DNA of 64,000 nucleotides from Lama guanicoe (Eukaryota), in NCBI GenBank assembly GCA_013239625.1, contig MU053652.1, forward strand, positions 4,205,902-4,269,901, in the 5' to 3' direction. The notes beneath the pieces were generated by a model. The model worked only from the letters and a program-made list of their open reading frames with translations, was not told the origin of the DNA and ran no database searches. The position numbers were made by a program, and so were the translations under genes. Of this stretch, positions 61,145-64,000 are shown one piece after another (position 1 is the first letter of the stretch; every line of letters begins with the position of its first letter).

Positions 61145-64000
61145 TTTAAGATTGTTCCTCTAATAATTCTAAGGTACAATCAGGGTTGAGAACTGCTGGG
61201 TTAGGGAAACATTCAAAAAGAATTTGAGGTATCAGGTAATGGATGAAATATGAGACATGATTGTTAGGGAGGATTTGGAGGTGAGACTCTCAGGTTTTTA
61301 ATCCCAAAGACTGAGAGAATGGTAACAGAAAGAGAGAAGTGGGGAGGAAAAATCTGATTTGGAGGGAATACATTAACCAGGCTGAATTTGAAGTCATGGA
61401 AAGACATTAGGTATGTTCGACTGACAATTAGAAGAAATATGGTCCTGGAATTGAAAGACTGTCTATTTAGGGATCATCACATAGCATAACAATAATGAAA
61501 ATAGTGTTTATAAAGCGCCTAAGTAGTTCTTTTCCTTGTGCTGGACAGTTTATATAAATATGAGCAGCAGTGGGCATAAGGGTGATGACTCAGACAGTCA
61601 CTGTCCCATGAGGAGTTCTTTACTCCTCACGTGTTGGCCAGTGGTCTGGGACGGGTCAGATAAGAGCAGGGATCAGGAAGTAAGTGGTACTGGGAGGATG
61701 GGTTGTGCACTGACTATGAGGCCTGTAAGTAGTGCTGACAAGCAGCAAGTAGCTGAAGACACACTGCCACCTGAGGTCTCAGAGCACTACCCTAGCATCT
61801 TAAAACAGGTCATTGCTTGTATCATCATGACAATTGGGTGATAAAAATGTCAGTGGATTCACAAGTTCCATGGCCAGCTGTCGGGATGGCAGGGGGAGGA
61901 CAAACCCCTTTCGAACCTCTTATGCCTAGTAGACCACATTTGGAGGCGACATTCACCAAGATCAGAAGTCTGGGTGTTTCGGTATCTGAGCCCCATGGAT
62001 CGGCCTTATTTGATAAGAGGGCTCAACACCTAGAAACTTGTGTGGCTTGAACCATGGATAAATTCCTGCAGGCAAATAGGGTGAGGCATGAAGAAAAAGG
62101 GGAGGGGATAAACAGGATTGGAACTGGCAGGTTATTTGGGGAAGGGCATGGAGCAAGTCCCACCCACAGTATAATTGACACCTGTCTCTACAGTCATGTG
62201 CACAGTTGTAGTCATTTCCCTGGACCTCTGTGCCATGGGTAGGCCCCAGCCAGATTCTGGACTTGGCCAGACCGGTGAGCAGGTGTAGGCAGTTAGCCAG
62301 CCTGCTCATACCCTCAGGGCCACCATTTCTGTAAGGCCACCTCCTTCAGGGTCCAGGCTGGTTTAAAGCATAATTATGTTCAATCCCTCCTGGATATTTG
62401 CAAACAGGTCAAATTCAGAGCCAGGAAACAGAATTCCACAAAAGACAGGCTCATTAACCCCTTCTTTAGCTGCAGTGGCCGTTAGCCAATGCCAGTTAGG
62501 GTCTTTTTTATTCCAAATCGTCCCATGAGGAATCCAGCAAGGCTGTATCTGTACAGGGTCTTTCTGGCTGCATGAGGGGCACAGGCCATTTCAGAGTTTC
62601 CCTGTAAGGCATCCTGATTTTCCTTGCCCAAAAAACATGGGTCCTGGAGGGTCGGAAAAATTTAGGCAGGATGCCACAAAACTGTAGGGTCTCTTACGTA
62701 GTTGAGAAGGTGAGGGGAAGACACTGTGGACTTGGCCAGCACCGGGGGAGGGTGGCAGTGGCACGTATGGGCTCAGAACTGTGGGCTCCACTGGCTGTAA
62801 AATCTGGAATTCACCTCTGGAAAGAGAAACTTTCTTTACAATGCTGAGTTAGCCAAGTGGAGCAAATGCACAGTGCCTGTAAGCTTTTCCTTCTTGCCTG
62901 ACTGGGAATCTCCGAAGTTTGCAAGTTAGTTACTGAGTAACTGGTAGAGGCAGTTCGTGTGACCCTAAGGCCTTTCACAGAATCAGCACTTTAAAGAGCT
63001 GCAGCCAGACAGTGAGTCCAAGGTCAGAAACTGGGAGAAACAAAAACCTGGGCTACACTGCAGAACTACGGGGCGGAGAGAAACCAGTCCAGGACATCTG
63101 ATGCAGGAGACAAATGAATAGAGATGAAGAGAAGTCAATTTCTGCAGGATTTAAATCTGGCCTCAGACTATCTTGATGCAGTGGGATCGGAGCCATCAAG
63201 GACCCATTTAGACTAGACGTGATGAGTTCTGTGCCTTTAGAGTGACTAAAAGCATGGAGCCTTGGAAGAGACCATGAGTTATCATTCCATAATTTCTCAT
63301 CTACTTATTACCCAGGAAGTATATTATTAATTATATAGCCTTTGCAAAATCTTCTGTGTGGCCCTCCTTCCTCCGCCCGTTCCTTGAGGGCAGAGTTTGT
63401 GGGTCTTTTGCTCTGCACTTAAAGCACACATCTTTTTCCATTATCTCAGTCTAAAGAGAGTATTTATTTGCTTAGCTCTTTACCCTCCCTGGACTGTGGC
63501 TTATTGAAGGTAGAGCCACTGGCAGTGCTTGACTTGGTCCTGGGTGCATACAAAGCACTAAATAAATACCTAGTGAATGAAGGACCCAAGACAGAACGCA
63601 CACCCATTAATCTGGTCCTCCTCCCCTTCTTCAGTCTCATCTTCTGTGGCACTGTTCCATTTATCCTGAGCTTGTACTAATAGATTGAACTTTCTGTCTG
63701 AAATTTCTAGCCCAGAATGCATCCTCTGTATCCACATCTTTGTGCTTTCTCTGCTGCTGTCCCCTCACCTTGGAATCCTTTTCTTCCCTGTCTCTCACCT
63801 GTTGCTTTTGGACATGTGACTTCTCCCTTACCTCTCTCCACCCACTGGACTGGAAGCCCCTCCCAGGAGAGCCTGACCTGGGACCTTGCACTCAGCAGAG
63901 GCTCAATCAGCTTTTGCTCAGGGAAGGAATGAGTTACTTTGGCTTTGACTGAAGTGACCTTCTGGCTTCCATCAGGCAGCTTCTGATTACGTCTTGGTTG

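Overview
Mammalian genomic DNA, most likely from a camelid (alpaca or camel). This is inferred from tRNA-derived Vic-1-like SINEs and near-identical young L1 3' ends. Two protein-coding genes lie on the minus strand. The complete 8-exon TSPAN33 CDS (33950->15633, 852 nt = 283 aa + stop, all GT-AG introns) is followed about 14 kb downstream by the CpG-island promoter and first coding exon of SMO (459->132; the rest of SMO runs off the left edge). Positions 34.5-64 kb are intergenic and dominated by repeats: L1, L2, MIR, MaLR/MLT1, a decayed ERV-L, a solo LTR, Tigger and hAT MITEs, a tailless 7SK retrocopy, a 317-bp tandem duplication and two assembly gaps. I see no wholly new multi-gene system. 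The most interesting candidates are regulatory or mechanistic: (i) a CpG island lying between proximal and distal poly(A) signals of TSPAN33; (ii) a strong-context uORF in the SMO leader and a uORF in the TSPAN33 leader; (iii) retrotransposition and repair footprints (tailless 7SK copy, L1 3' transduction, a snap-back hairpin inside a young L1, a microhomology-bounded tandem duplication). Repeat family names come from recalled consensus sequences and their boundaries are approximate.
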